Of a stretch of 64,000 bases of DNA, positions 8,350-18,296 are shown one piece after another (position 1 is the stretch's first letter; the number at the start of each line of letters is the position of its first letter). The stretch comes from Nibricoccus sp. (GTDB lineage Bacteria; Verrucomicrobiota; Verrucomicrobiia; Opitutales; Opitutaceae). A program made the translations under genes and the position numbers. The DNA is taken from NCBI GenBank assembly GCA_047602425.1, contig JASGHG010000001.1:3424001-3488000 (forward strand), given 5' to 3'. The notes under the pieces are model-generated. The model saw only the letters and a list, made by a program, of their open reading frames with translations, searched no databases and was not told the origin of the DNA.

Positions 8350-10578
8350 TTATGACTTGGCGGGAGCAGGTGCGGCGGGTGGCGGTGTGGCAGGTGGTTG
8401 CGCAGCCGGCGGCGGCGGGTCATTGCGCTCTTCCCAGAAATAGCGGGCTTTGCCGGCTGCGTCCTTGTGCTGGTTGGCGTCGTGGCGGATCCAGAAGGCA
8501 CCGGCAGCAATGGCGAGAAGTACGAGAAGGAAGATGGTCTCACGACGGCGTTTTTTGGCTTCTTTATCCTCGTACGGATCGTCGAGCGAACGTTTGGATC
8601 CGGGCGGTAGTTTGGCAATGTCGGTCAGGGCGGTGCCGAAAGGAATATTAATTTTCACGCGCCCGTTGATGGCCCAGCCGTTGGCGTCGAGGATGGGGCC
8701 GAGGGTGCGCTGGCGGAGCTTCAGCCAGGCTATGATCATCGACGGCATCGAGATCAGGAACATGACGGCAAGAAAGACGAGCGGCACCTGCCAGCCTGGC
8801 ATGCCTTTGAAAAAGCCGAGGAAATAACCAAAGGCGGTGGTTAACGCACCGAAGGCGACACCCAGGGCGGCGACGGCGCCGACGTCGATTTTTTTGGCGG
8901 GGTCAGCCGGTTTAGCCCGGTCGAGGTTGGTGGTTTTTTCCGCGGCGGTGGCAAGTTTGCTGTGAGAGGCGGCCTCGGCGGCGGCGGCACGTTTCGCGAT
9001 CTGCTCCTCAATCATGCGCAGGAACTTCTTGTACGGCGACCAGAAGGCCTGGCGAATGCTAATCGGGTTGTCGACGATGCTGGTAATCACGGCGTCCCAA
9101 TCGCGACCTTGCCGGTCGTAGAAAATGCCATGGCGGCCGGCAAAGAGATAGTCGGAATCGCCTTGGGTGAAACACGCCGCAATCGTCATGGGTGAGCTTC
9201 CCGGACGGGAACACGCGCAGTAGGCGATGTAGGTTTTGCTCATGGCCGCGAGCGCATTGGGCGCGTCGACCCGGATGCACAACTCGGTGGAGCGGCTGTC
9301 GAGATAGAGCGTGCCTGCCTGGAAAACGGCGAGTTTGTCGGGCGAATACAGATCGCCGAAATTCACGAAATTGTGCAGCAATGCGCGCAAATCGCGGTGA
9401 TAACGCACGAGCCGGTCGACGTCGCTGATGGCCTGAAATTCGGGCGCGATGGCTTTGTCCTTGGCGATGAGTTCGTCGAGAAGGGCGCGGCCCTTGCCCT
9501 CGGCAATGGCCTTGAGACGTTCATGCCCGAGTTTTTCGCAGGCCGTCGCTGGTTTATCGGCGGTGGATTTCTCGTAGGCGGCGAAACGCGCGCAAAGTTG
9601 GAGCCAGTCAGTTTCAGTCAGAGATGTTTTGGAGGCGCCAAGCACGGGAGCCACGGCGTCCTGTTGAAGCGCGGAAAGGCGGGCGGCCCAGGCCGGATTA
9701 ATGCCTTCGGTGAGCGGTAGCGGCTTCCCAGCTGCGATGGTGGCGAGGGGAAAATTGCTCACTTCGTCTGCGGTGATCTTCATGTCCTTCGCGGCGATCT
9801 CCAGATAGTCGTTTTCGGAACGATTGAGGGCTGCGATGGATCGCGGATCGAAGGCGGCCAGGCGGCAGCGGGCAAAATAATCATCGACCTTGGCGCGTAC
9901 GGCCTTGAGGACCTCGAAAGCCACCGCCGTATTGTCGCCGAGGAAAGTGACCTCGGGCGAGGTGCCGCGATCCACCCAGGCGAGATATGTGGCAAGTTCC
10001 TTGAAGAACGTGTCGATTTTTTCCGCAGTTACACCTGCGGAGCCGGTTTGATCGGCCACGCCGCCAACGCAGGCGACAATGTCGGCGATGAGGGCTTTGA
10101 CCTCGTCGCTGTCGGTGGCCTCGGGCGGAATCACGCCATCGCCGTTTATGGGGTTGGCGGACAGAATGCGTTTGGTGTCGCTGCTATCGTCAATCGAAAT
10201 AGTGGTGGCGTTTGGTTTGCCAAGGCTGTGCAAAGTCTGCCGTGCGGAGGCGAGCAGAATTTTGCCCTCGGGCGTCTGGTCGTTGATTGCGGCCAGCGGA
10301 AGAGTCTCGGAGCCTTTGAGGAGATCGCCCATGTCTTTGAGCCGAAGGGAAGTCCATTTGATGGCACGGAGTAGTTCGGGTACGCGAATACGGCCATCTT
10401 TGTCGTCGTCGATGAGGGCTAGCGTTTTTTCATCGAGTTCCAAGCCCTTCACCGGACAACTGAGGGCGACCCAAAGTTTCTGGTCGAGATTTTCGAGATT
10501 GAGAATGTCGGCTCCTGTTTCGAGCGCGACTTGATCGAGGCCGCCGGTGCGAAAAAATTTCCAGTGATGTTGTGCCAT
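8350..10578 (-). CDS. Conserved hypothetical membrane protein with EF-hand-like loop
   Basis: 742 aa with DDDKDGRIRVPE (EF-hand-like loop), three C-terminal hydrophobic segments and a Pro-rich end. Confidence 0.8.
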   Translation of the reverse strand: MAQHHWKFFRTGGLDQVALETGADILNLENLDQKLWVALSCPVKGLELDEKTLALIDDDKDGRIRVPELLRAIKWTSLRLKDMGDLLKGSETLPLAAINDQTPEGKILLASARQTLHSLGKPNATTISIDDSSDTKRILSANPINGDGVIPPEATDSDEVKALIADIVACVGGVADQTGSAGVTAEKIDTFFKELATYLAWVDRGTSPEVTFLGDNTAVAFEVLKAVRAKVDDYFARCRLAAFDPRSIAALNRSENDYLEIAAKDMKITADEVSNFPLATIAAGKPLPLTEGINPAWAARLSALQQDAVAPVLGASKTSLTETDWLQLCARFAAYEKSTADKPATACEKLGHERLKAIAEGKGRALLDELIAKDKAIAPEFQAISDVDRLVRYHRDLRALLHNFVNFGDLYSPDKLAVFQAGTLYLDSRSTELCIRVDAPNALAAMSKTYIAYCACSRPGSSPMTIAACFTQGDSDYLFAGRHGIFYDRQGRDWDAVITSIVDNPISIRQAFWSPYKKFLRMIEEQIAKRAAAAEAASHSKLATAAEKTTNLDRAKPADPAKKIDVGAVAALGVAFGALTTAFGYFLGFFKGMPGWQVPLVFLAVMFLISMPSMIIAWLKLRQRTLGPILDANGWAINGRVKINIPFGTALTDIAKLPPGSKRSLDDPYEDKEAKKRRRETIFLLVLLAIAAGAFWIRHDANQHKDAAGKARYFWEERNDPPPPAAQPPATPPPAAPAPAKS

Positions 10579-10876
10579 AACAGTATGAGTTGACGGTTAA
10601 GCGATGGTTGGTGGTTCGCCGCAGGAATTGGTTCCAGAAATAAAGCATAGGCGTGGGATTGCAATGCCCGGGAATGGAAACTTGGGGGGGCGGATTCTGC
10701 CGTTTGTTTGCAGTTCTTGCATGTCGGCTGGTTTTCCTGCACAGCTGTTCGTCCCCTTCGAAAAACCGCACCATGCTTTGCAAAAGCATTTTTAATCTCA
10801 CGCCGTTCGAATCATCCGACCGCATTCGACGTGCCACTGCGCCGGCGGGTAATGCTAACCTCCTCATCGACCTTGC

Positions 10877-11704
10877 GTGAAAATCGACGCTCATCATCAC
10901 TTTTGGCGCTACACTTCCGAAGAGTACGGTTGGATCGACGATTCCATGCGCGTCATTCGCCGCGACTTTTTGCCGGCGGATCTGGCCGCGACTCTTAAGC
11001 CGGAGCGCATCGACGGCGTTGTATCCGTGCAGGCACGACAAACGATGGAGGAAACCCGCTGGTTGCTCTCGCTCGCAAAGGAGACTGCTTTTATCAAAGG
11101 CGTGGTCGGCTGGGTGCCGCTGGCGGAAAAATCAGTTGGAGGTCTGCTCGATGAACTGAAGGTCGATCCGAAATTGAAAGGTGTGCGCCACGTGGTGCAG
11201 GGCGAGCCGGACCCGAAGTTTTTGGAAGGGACCGCTTTTAATGCTGGCTTGCGTGAGGTGACGGCGCGCGGATTGGTCTACGATCTTTTGATTTTTGCGA
11301 GGCAATTGCCGGCGGCGATCGCGTTTGTCGATCGTCACCCGGACCAGATTTTCGTGCTCGATCACATCGCCAAGCCCGTTGTGCAAGGCCTGCCTGATCC
11401 CACTTGGGCGCGCAACCTCCGCGAGCTTGCGCGCCGCGAGAACGTTTTCTGCAAATTTTCCGGCGTGGTCACCGAAGTGCCGGGGTGGCAATGGACGCCT
11501 GAGTTGCTCCGCCCTTATTTCGACGTGGTCGCCGAAGCTTTTGGGCCCGCGCGTTTGATGTTTGGCTCGGACTGGCCGGTATGTCTCGTTGCGAGCGAAT
11601 ACGCGCGGTGGATCGATTTCGTCGAGAAATGCGCCGCGCCGCTTTCGGCAGGGGAACGCGCGCGTTTGCTCGGCGGCACCGCGACGGAAGCATACAAACT
11701 TTGA
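10877..11704 (+). CDS. Amidohydrolase-family sugar lactonase (L-fucono/L-galactono-lactonase-like)
   Basis: [24 protein letters not shown] and [11 protein letters not shown] motifs. GTG start. Confidence 0.9.
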   Translation: MKIDAHHHFWRYTSEEYGWIDDSMRVIRRDFLPADLAATLKPERIDGVVSVQARQTMEETRWLLSLAKETAFIKGVVGWVPLAEKSVGGLLDELKVDPKLKGVRHVVQGEPDPKFLEGTAFNAGLREVTARGLVYDLLIFARQLPAAIAFVDRHPDQIFVLDHIAKPVVQGLPDPTWARNLRELARRENVFCKFSGVVTEVPGWQWTPELLRPYFDVVAEAFGPARLMFGSDWPVCLVASEYARWIDFVEKCAAPLSAGERARLLGGTATEAYKL

Positions 11705-11808
11705 ACGGGCATTTAGGCTGTTACCGAGTCTTGCCGGATGCGTCTCAGTCGTCAGAATGACCGGCTCAACCCGTTTGCAGCCGCCGATCCTTTACCAAAC
11801 CATTTACC

Positions 11809-12762
11809 ATGCACTATCGCAGACTTGGCCAAACCAATCTAAAGGTTTCTGTTCTCAGTTTCGGCGCGTCGTCGCTCGGCGATGCTTTTCGCAAGACCGA
11901 CGAGGGTGAAGCGATCCGCACCGTGCATGTGGCGCTGGATCACGGCATCAATTTCGTGGACGTTTCTCCTTACTACGGAGTGACCAAGGCCGAGACCGTT
12001 CTCGGCAAGGCGCTGAAAACGGTGGCGCGCGACCGCTACATTCTGGCGACCAAGGTAGGGCAGTACGCGGACGGTGTATTCGATTTTTCAGCGGAGCGCG
12101 TTACGCGCAGTCTTGACGAAAGTTGCGCACGCCTCGGCACCGACTATGTCGACCTGTTGCACTGTCACGACATCGAGTTTGCCGATTTGAACCAGATCGT
12201 GAATGAAACGCTTCCGGCGCTCGTGAAGCTCCGTGAAAAAGGTCGCATTGGCCATATCGGCATCACGGGTTTGCCGCTCAAAATATTTCCAAGCGTCATC
12301 GACCGGGTACCCAAGGGAATCGTCGAAGCGATTCTTTCGTTCTGCCATTACGAGTTGAACGACAACTCGCTCGCCTCGCTGCTGCCGTACTGCGCGGAAC
12401 GCGGCATCGGCGTGATAAATGCCTCGCCGACCGGCATGGGACTGCTCACTGCACGCGGAGTGCCCTCGTGGCATCCGGCGCCGGCGGCAATGGTCGCGGG
12501 CGCGCGCAAGGCGGTGGAGTATTGTCAGTCGGTCGGCGCCGACATCGTGAAGCTCGCGGTGCAATATTGTGTGGCCGATCCGCGCATTGCCACGACACTG
12601 GTTGGCAGTGCTAATCCATCTAATATCGCCAAAAATGTCGCTTGGGCGATGGAGCCGATCGATTTCGAATTAATGGCAAAGGTCCTCGAAATCCTGCGTC
12701 CGATCCACAATCATAACTTCACCCGTGGGCGTCCGGAAAACCGCGATCCGATTGTGGGGTAA
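11809..12762 (+). CDS. Aldo/keto reductase, L-galactose dehydrogenase-like
   Basis: FGASSLG, DVSPYYG, LATKVG, HDIEF, GITGLPL and INASP motifs. Confidence 0.88.
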   Translation: MHYRRLGQTNLKVSVLSFGASSLGDAFRKTDEGEAIRTVHVALDHGINFVDVSPYYGVTKAETVLGKALKTVARDRYILATKVGQYADGVFDFSAERVTRSLDESCARLGTDYVDLLHCHDIEFADLNQIVNETLPALVKLREKGRIGHIGITGLPLKIFPSVIDRVPKGIVEAILSFCHYELNDNSLASLLPYCAERGIGVINASPTGMGLLTARGVPSWHPAPAAMVAGARKAVEYCQSVGADIVKLAVQYCVADPRIATTLVGSANPSNIAKNVAWAMEPIDFELMAKVLEILRPIHNHNFTRGRPENRDPIVG

Positions 12763-12774
12763 AAAAACTTTTAT

Positions 12775-12854
12775 TAACCACGGATTTCACGGATCGGCAC
12801 GGATAGAGGCGGGTACTTGAAAATATCCGTGTTCATCCGTGAAATCCGTGGTTA
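12775..12854. repeat. Intergenic palindrome with 31-bp arms built from three CACGGAT units
   Basis: taaccacggatttcacggatcggcacggata ... tatccgtgttcatccgtgaaatccgtggtta. Arms are 28/31 complementary with an 18-nt loop. Confidence 0.9.
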
Positions 12855-12873
12855 GCTCTGTCTAATTTCCAAA

Positions 12874-13890
12874 ATGCTCCAGATCGTCCTTCAAGAACCC
12901 GGAAAGTTTAATGCGGTCGATGCCGCCGAACCGAAACGCCAGCCCGGCGAAGCGCTTGTGCGTGTGCATCGCGTCGGTGTTTGCGGGACCGACCTGCACG
13001 CGTTCGCCGGCAAGCAACCCTTTTTCAGCTACCCGCGCATTTGCGGTCACGAACTCGGGGTGGAGGTGATCGATCCGGGCGACGAGCCGAACGGGCTGAA
13101 AATTGGCGATCGCTGCTCGGTTGAGCCTTATATCAACTGTGGCAAATGCATCGCCTGCCGCCGCGGCAAACCGAATTGTTGTGCCAATATCAAGGTTTTG
13201 GGTGTGCACGCGGACGGCGGCATGCGACCGCTTTTTGCGCTGCCTTCGCGTAAATTACATCCGGCGACCAAGCTTAGTTACGACCAACTCGCGCTAGTGG
13301 AAACGCTCGGCATCGGCGCGCACGCCGTGGAGCGCGGCCAACCTGAAGCGGACGAATTTGCTTTGGTGATAGGTGCGGGTCCGATCGGTTTGAGCGTGAT
13401 CCAATTCGCGCTGGCGGCGGGCGTGCGTCTGGCGGTGATGGACACGGCCGAACCGCGCCTTGCATTTTGTCGCGAAAAACTCGGGGTGAAGCACACCGTC
13501 AATCCCGCGAATGGCGATGTGAAAGCGCAACTACTCGAAATCGGCAACGGGGATATGCCGACGATGGTGTGGGACGCGACCGGCAATCCGGCCTCGATGG
13601 CAGCCTCTTTTGAGCTCCCAACGAGCGGTGGCAAACTAGTCTTCGTCGGCCTTTTCCAGGGCGATCTGACCTTCAACGATCCTTCTTTCCACCGCCGCGA
13701 ATTGACTGTGATGGGCAGCCGCAACTCGTGTCCGGCGACCTTCCGCTCGATCATCAACATGATTGAAGCTGGCAAGATCGACACCACGCCGTGGATCACG
13801 CACCGCTTCGAATTGAAGGACGTGCCGAACCGTTTTCCAGAAGTAGCCAAAGACAAGACGCTGCTGAAGGCGATGATCTCGGTGGATTGA
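12874..13890 (+). CDS. Zn-dependent dehydrogenase, L-galactonate dehydrogenase (YjjN/LgoD)-like
   Basis: GVCGTDLH, GHE, CGKCIACRRGKPNCC, GAGPIG, DATGN and GSRN motifs. Confidence 0.88.
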   Translation: MLQIVLQEPGKFNAVDAAEPKRQPGEALVRVHRVGVCGTDLHAFAGKQPFFSYPRICGHELGVEVIDPGDEPNGLKIGDRCSVEPYINCGKCIACRRGKPNCCANIKVLGVHADGGMRPLFALPSRKLHPATKLSYDQLALVETLGIGAHAVERGQPEADEFALVIGAGPIGLSVIQFALAAGVRLAVMDTAEPRLAFCREKLGVKHTVNPANGDVKAQLLEIGNGDMPTMVWDATGNPASMAASFELPTSGGKLVFVGLFQGDLTFNDPSFHRRELTVMGSRNSCPATFRSIINMIEAGKIDTTPWITHRFELKDVPNRFPEVAKDKTLLKAMISVD

Positions 13891-13898
13891 CGCCGATT

Positions 13899-14804
13899 TT
13901 AGCCGGCCTTCCAGCCGAAAGTCTCGTAACGGTGTTCGAGTTTTCCTCCGCGCAGGCTGAGGACGGTGAAGCCCTCGGGAAAACCCCAGCGCGGGCCTTT
14001 CCACCAGTCGCCGCAGACGGCGCCGCTGGTGATAAACTCGCAACCCTTGTACGAAACGACTTCGTTGACGTGAGTATGACCTTGGAGAACCGCAATCACG
14101 TGGTAAGGCTCGATGACTTTTAGAACCTCCGCGGCGTTGGCCACGGTGAAATAGGATTTTGTCGCCGGCTTCGCGCTCGGTGGTCGATAGCAAGTGTATC
14201 CGGTAACGAGAGGAATGTGCGTCGTGATGATCACGGGCAGGGAGGGACCGACGCGGGCGAGGTCGGCGGCGAGCCAGATGAGTTGTTCGGCGGAAACGCG
14301 GCCTTCCCAGTCGTGATCGTCGGTTAGGAAGACCGTATCCAGCATCACAAAATGATAACCGCCTTGATCGAAAGAGCCGTAAGTCGCGCCGAAGCGATCC
14401 TCGTAGATTTTCTTTCCACCGCTGCCAGCTAAGTTGAAAACATCGTGATTTCCGATCGTGCGGTGCAATGGCGCGTCGAGCAGGTGTTCCGTTTTTGAAT
14501 ACAGGTCGTAAAGCGAGTTTGCGCGTTCGGCCGAAACTTTGTTGGCGTCGAAAACCAGATCTCCACCGCACAAAGCGAAAGCGGGTTTCAAAGCCGCAAT
14601 CTGGCGGAAACATTTCTCGCTGCCTTCCACGCCATGAAGTTCAGGTTGCAGGTGAATGTCGGTGAAGAAGACAAATTCCAGGTTGCCAGGGGCGGTTGTC
14701 GTTGGTTCGGGTTCGGCGTGAACCGCAAGTTTCGAGGCGCACGCACCAAGAGCGGCCAGACTGGAAATTTTCAGGAAGTCACGACGGCCGGGAAGAGTTT
14801 GCAT
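13899..14804 (-). CDS. Tat-exported calcineurin-like metallophosphoesterase
   Basis: RRDFLK twin-arginine signal with TDIH, GGDLV, GNHD and GHTH motifs. Confidence 0.9.
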   Translation of the reverse strand: MQTLPGRRDFLKISSLAALGACASKLAVHAEPEPTTTAPGNLEFVFFTDIHLQPELHGVEGSEKCFRQIAALKPAFALCGGDLVFDANKVSAERANSLYDLYSKTEHLLDAPLHRTIGNHDVFNLAGSGGKKIYEDRFGATYGSFDQGGYHFVMLDTVFLTDDHDWEGRVSAEQLIWLAADLARVGPSLPVIITTHIPLVTGYTCYRPPSAKPATKSYFTVANAAEVLKVIEPYHVIAVLQGHTHVNEVVSYKGCEFITSGAVCGDWWKGPRWGFPEGFTVLSLRGGKLEHRYETFGWKAG

Positions 14805-14907
14805 AGCGTAGCGTTAGAGGAATCGCGGTCGGGAAGAAATACGAAAGCGGGTCGGAAAGTTAAATCGCGGTATCGACGGAGCCTCATTTAAGGCCTAGCT
14901 TTTTTGC

Positions 14908-15558
14908 GTGACTGCTCCAGCGACCTATTCAAACAGCGAAGAAATCGCCAATACGATCACGCATGGCATCGGAGCACTGCTGAGTGCGGCGGCGTTGGCG
15001 TTGCTCGTGACGTTTGCCGCGCTGTATGGCGACGCGTGGAGTGTCACGAGCGGGGCGATTTATGGCGTGACGCTGATTTTGGCCTACACCGCGTCGACGG
15101 TGTATCACACTTTGCGTTCGGAGCGGGCGAAACGAATTTGCCGCAAGTACGATCATGCGGGAATTTTTCTGCTGATCGCCGGCACGTATACGCCGTTTCT
15201 ACTCGTGAGCTTGCGCGGACCCTGGGGCTGGAGCTTGTTTGGCGTTGTCTGGGGTCTGTGTGTGGCGGGGATGGTGATGAAGTTTTTTCTCGCCGGTCGT
15301 TTTCGCGTGATGTCGACCTTGATCTACATTTTCACGGGCTGGCTAGTGGTGATTGCATTTAAGCCACTGCTGGCGGCGCTGCCAATCGGTGGTATCTGGC
15401 TGTTGGTTGCGGGCGGGCTTTGTTACACGGGCGGTACGGTATTTTACCTTTGGAAATCGCTAAAATATCACCACGCGATCTGGCACCTGTTTGTGCTGGC
15501 GGGCAGCATCTGCCACTTTTTCTCCGTGCTGAACTACGTGATGCCGGTGGCGACGTGA
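14908..15558 (+). CDS. Hemolysin III / PAQR-family membrane protein
   Basis: EEIANTITHG, STVYH, DHAGIFLLIAGTYTP and HAIWHLFVL motifs with about 7 TM helices. Confidence 0.92.
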   Translation: MTAPATYSNSEEIANTITHGIGALLSAAALALLVTFAALYGDAWSVTSGAIYGVTLILAYTASTVYHTLRSERAKRICRKYDHAGIFLLIAGTYTPFLLVSLRGPWGWSLFGVVWGLCVAGMVMKFFLAGRFRVMSTLIYIFTGWLVVIAFKPLLAALPIGGIWLLVAGGLCYTGGTVFYLWKSLKYHHAIWHLFVLAGSICHFFSVLNYVMPVAT

Positions 15559-15630
15559 CGGGGCAGATCGCCAAATCGCTGGATTTCGCTCAACGAATTT
15601 TCGCGTTCATGCGAATGTCAGCGCGGTACT

Positions 15631-15782
15631 TAGAGCACACACAACAAAACTGTAGCCGTAAATCGGTGTTACAAACCGAGCTGTCTTCGTAGGGGCGCAG
15701 TCTTGCTGCGTCCTTTCTGAGGCGAAGCCAAAACGGGCTACAGCCGGAGTTGTGCGGCTATGACATTTTTAAAAATGCTCTA
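15631..15782. mobile_element. MITE-like element with bipartite termini TAGAGC-N16-TAGCCG and an internal GTAG-type REP hairpin
   Basis: Left end is TAGAGC(15631)-N16-TAGCCG; right end is CGGCTA(15755)-N16-GCTCTA(15782). GTAGGGGCGCAG-TCTTG-CTGCGTCCT lies at 15689-15714. A related left end occurs at 25707. Confidence 0.55.
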
Positions 15783-16202
15783 GTTTCTCATTGTGAAGAA
15801 GAACGGCTGTTCAATCTTGCACGCAACAGGTCGACCGTTTTTCTGGCCCGGTTTCCAACGCCATTTTTTGAGGGCCTCGATCGAGGCGACGGCAAAGGAA
15901 GGGTGTGACGCTTCAATCACACGAATTTGGGTTATGATTCCTTCTTCGGTCACGATGGCCCCAAGTACGACCTTCCCTTCAATGCCGGCTTTTTTCAAAG
16001 CGAAGGCATACATGGGTTGCACGCGATTGCTTGGTATTGGTTGAGCGTCCAGGTCCTTGAGATTGTAAGCATCCCCTTGAAAAGACGGTGCAGTATCGGC
16101 TGTTTGGGGTTGGATTGAGGATTGGCTGGAAGGGGCTGAGCACCCGTTGAGAAGAATGAATGCAAAAACGATTGCCAGGGACAATTTGCGGAGAACTTTC
16201 AT
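15780..16202 (-). CDS. TonB C-terminal domain lipoprotein
   Basis: Signal peptide with LNGC lipobox, then QPMY...GIEGKVVLGAIVTEEG...ALKKWRWKPGQKNGRPV. Confidence 0.85.
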   Translation of the reverse strand: MKVLRKLSLAIVFAFILLNGCSAPSSQSSIQPQTADTAPSFQGDAYNLKDLDAQPIPSNRVQPMYAFALKKAGIEGKVVLGAIVTEEGIITQIRVIEASHPSFAVASIEALKKWRWKPGQKNGRPVACKIEQPFFFTMRN

Positions 16203-16226
16203 TGAATCGGGGCTATGTGTAGGCAC

Positions 16227-18236
16227 TCACCAACCGTAGCTGCGTTTGATTTTCAACGTCTCGTAGAGGCTGGTGTCGATTTCGCGGAGGAAGCGGCTGG
16301 GTTCTAGCAGCATGCCGCCAGGGCCGGCGCGGGTGGCGACTCTTGGGTAGCAGAGGTAGAGTTCGTTACGGGCGCGGGTCACGGCGACGTAGAAAAGGCG
16401 GCGTTCTTCCTCGACGTCGCCGGCTTCGATGCTGCGGCGCCCGGGGAATTGTCCATCGGCGAGGCCAATCAAAAAGACGACGTCGTACTCCAGGCCTTTT
16501 GCCTGATGGACGGTGGTTAGTTTTACGGCTTCGGCGTCGGGGTCGACCTGGCGGTCGCTGGTTTCGCCATTGAGGAGCACGATCTGCGCGAGGAGATCCT
16601 GCATGTTGTCGTAGCGCTGGGCGAAGCCGACCATGGCTTTCAATTCGTCGAGCCGGTCGACGTAGTCGGCGAAGGCGCCGCGCAGGTAATCGCCATACCA
16701 ACCGTCTATCGCTATTTCGACGGCCTTGGCGGGCTTGTCGTTGCGCATGTAGTCGGCGACTTCGGCAAGCGAAGCACAGAAGGAGTCCCAGTCGTTCTTC
16801 GCGTCCTTCGGAACTTTTGATTTCACGTCGTCGGTCGCGAGGGCGTCGATGAAATCTTTTTTCATCAAACGCGCGTGATCGAGGGCGGCTTCGTAGATTT
16901 TGACCGCGCCCTTGTCGCCGATTTTAGGCAGGAGGATGGCGATGCGGCCCCACGAGGAAGCGCTGGACGGATTGTAGACGAACGTGATGAGTGCAACGAG
17001 GTCGCGGACGTGCTGGCGTTCGAAAAATTTCACGCCGCTGGTGATCGTGTAGGGAATGCCGTGCTTGGAGAGCGCGAGCTGGGTTTCGAGCGCGAGGAAG
17101 TGCGAGCGGTAAAGGATGGCGATTTCGTTGGGCGAAACGCCTTCGTCCTCGGTGAGCGAGCGGATGCGTTTGATGATGAACTCGGCCTGCTCGCGATCGT
17201 CCATCGCCTGCAGGACGTACGGCTTGTTCGAGTGGCCGCGGGCGGCGCGGAGCTCCTTGTCGAAATGGCGGCCCTTGGGCTGGGCATTCAGCACGCCGTT
17301 GGCCAGATTTAGGATCTGGGGAGTAGATCGGTAATTGGTCTCGATGCGATGGATGACGGTGCCCGGGTGGCGGTCCGGGAAGCTCATAATGTTCTCGAAG
17401 TTGGCGCCGCGCCACGAGTAGATGCACTGAGCGTCGTCGCCGACGGCCATGATGCGGTGATGGCTGCCGAGGCGGTCGACGATCTGGGCCTGAATGGTGT
17501 TGGTGTCCTGATACTCGTCGACGAGCACGTGGCGAAAACGGTGGGCGAAGTAGGTGGCGACCTCGGGCACCTTGGTGAGGAGATCGAGGAAAAGTTCGAG
17601 AAGGTCGTCGTAGTCGACGACATTTTGCTCCCGCTTGGCCTTGGCATAGGCGGCGGCGAAGGGCGAGAAAACGTGTTTTATCTCTTTGTACTGGGTAAAG
17701 TTTTTATCGACAGTATCGACGAGACTTTCCTGGGTGTTGCGCGCGAGGGAAATGACGCTGAAAAGCGGGCCGGGGCGGGGGTTGGTTTTGTCCTTGAAGA
17801 ACAGCTTGTCCTCCTTATCGACGACCTGTTTGAGCAACGATTCGGATTCGTCGGCGTCGAGGATGGTGAAATTGCGCGGGAGGTTGAGCGACTCGCCATA
17901 GATGCGAAGCGCACGGTGACCGATGGAGTGAAACGTGCCGCCCCAGAAACGTGCAGGCTCGATGCCGGTGAGGTCCTGCACGCGGTGGAGCATTTCCTTC
18001 GCGGCTTTGTTGGTGAAAGTGAGAAGCAGGATTTCGGAAGGCTTCACACCCTGCGAGAGCAGGTAAGCGACGCGATAAGTAAGCGTGCGGGTTTTGCCGG
18101 AGCCGGCGCCGGCGAGGACGAGAAGCGGACCGGGCTCGGCGGTGACGGCGGCGAATTGCTCATCGTTGAGCTGCGCGCGAAAATCGATCGGCGGGATGGC
18201 GTCGCGAACGGGAGCGTTGTCAATTTCGAAATCCAT
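16227..18236 (-). CDS. uvrD: UvrD/PcrA/Rep family ATP-dependent DNA helicase
   Basis: AGAGSGKT, TFTNKAA, DEYQD, VGDDAQCIYSWRGA, NYRS, TVHQAKGLE and EERRLFYVAVTRA motifs. Confidence 0.95.
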   Translation of the reverse strand: MDFEIDNAPVRDAIPPIDFRAQLNDEQFAAVTAEPGPLLVLAGAGSGKTRTLTYRVAYLLSQGVKPSEILLLTFTNKAAKEMLHRVQDLTGIEPARFWGGTFHSIGHRALRIYGESLNLPRNFTILDADESESLLKQVVDKEDKLFFKDKTNPRPGPLFSVISLARNTQESLVDTVDKNFTQYKEIKHVFSPFAAAYAKAKREQNVVDYDDLLELFLDLLTKVPEVATYFAHRFRHVLVDEYQDTNTIQAQIVDRLGSHHRIMAVGDDAQCIYSWRGANFENIMSFPDRHPGTVIHRIETNYRSTPQILNLANGVLNAQPKGRHFDKELRAARGHSNKPYVLQAMDDREQAEFIIKRIRSLTEDEGVSPNEIAILYRSHFLALETQLALSKHGIPYTITSGVKFFERQHVRDLVALITFVYNPSSASSWGRIAILLPKIGDKGAVKIYEAALDHARLMKKDFIDALATDDVKSKVPKDAKNDWDSFCASLAEVADYMRNDKPAKAVEIAIDGWYGDYLRGAFADYVDRLDELKAMVGFAQRYDNMQDLLAQIVLLNGETSDRQVDPDAEAVKLTTVHQAKGLEYDVVFLIGLADGQFPGRRSIEAGDVEEERRLFYVAVTRARNELYLCYPRVATRAGPGGMLLEPSRFLREIDTSLYETLKIKRSYGW

Positions 18237-18296
18237 GAAGGCGGATTGGAAGCCTCACGGATTGGGGCGGCGGGGCAAAGCAGAATTTTCGGAGGA

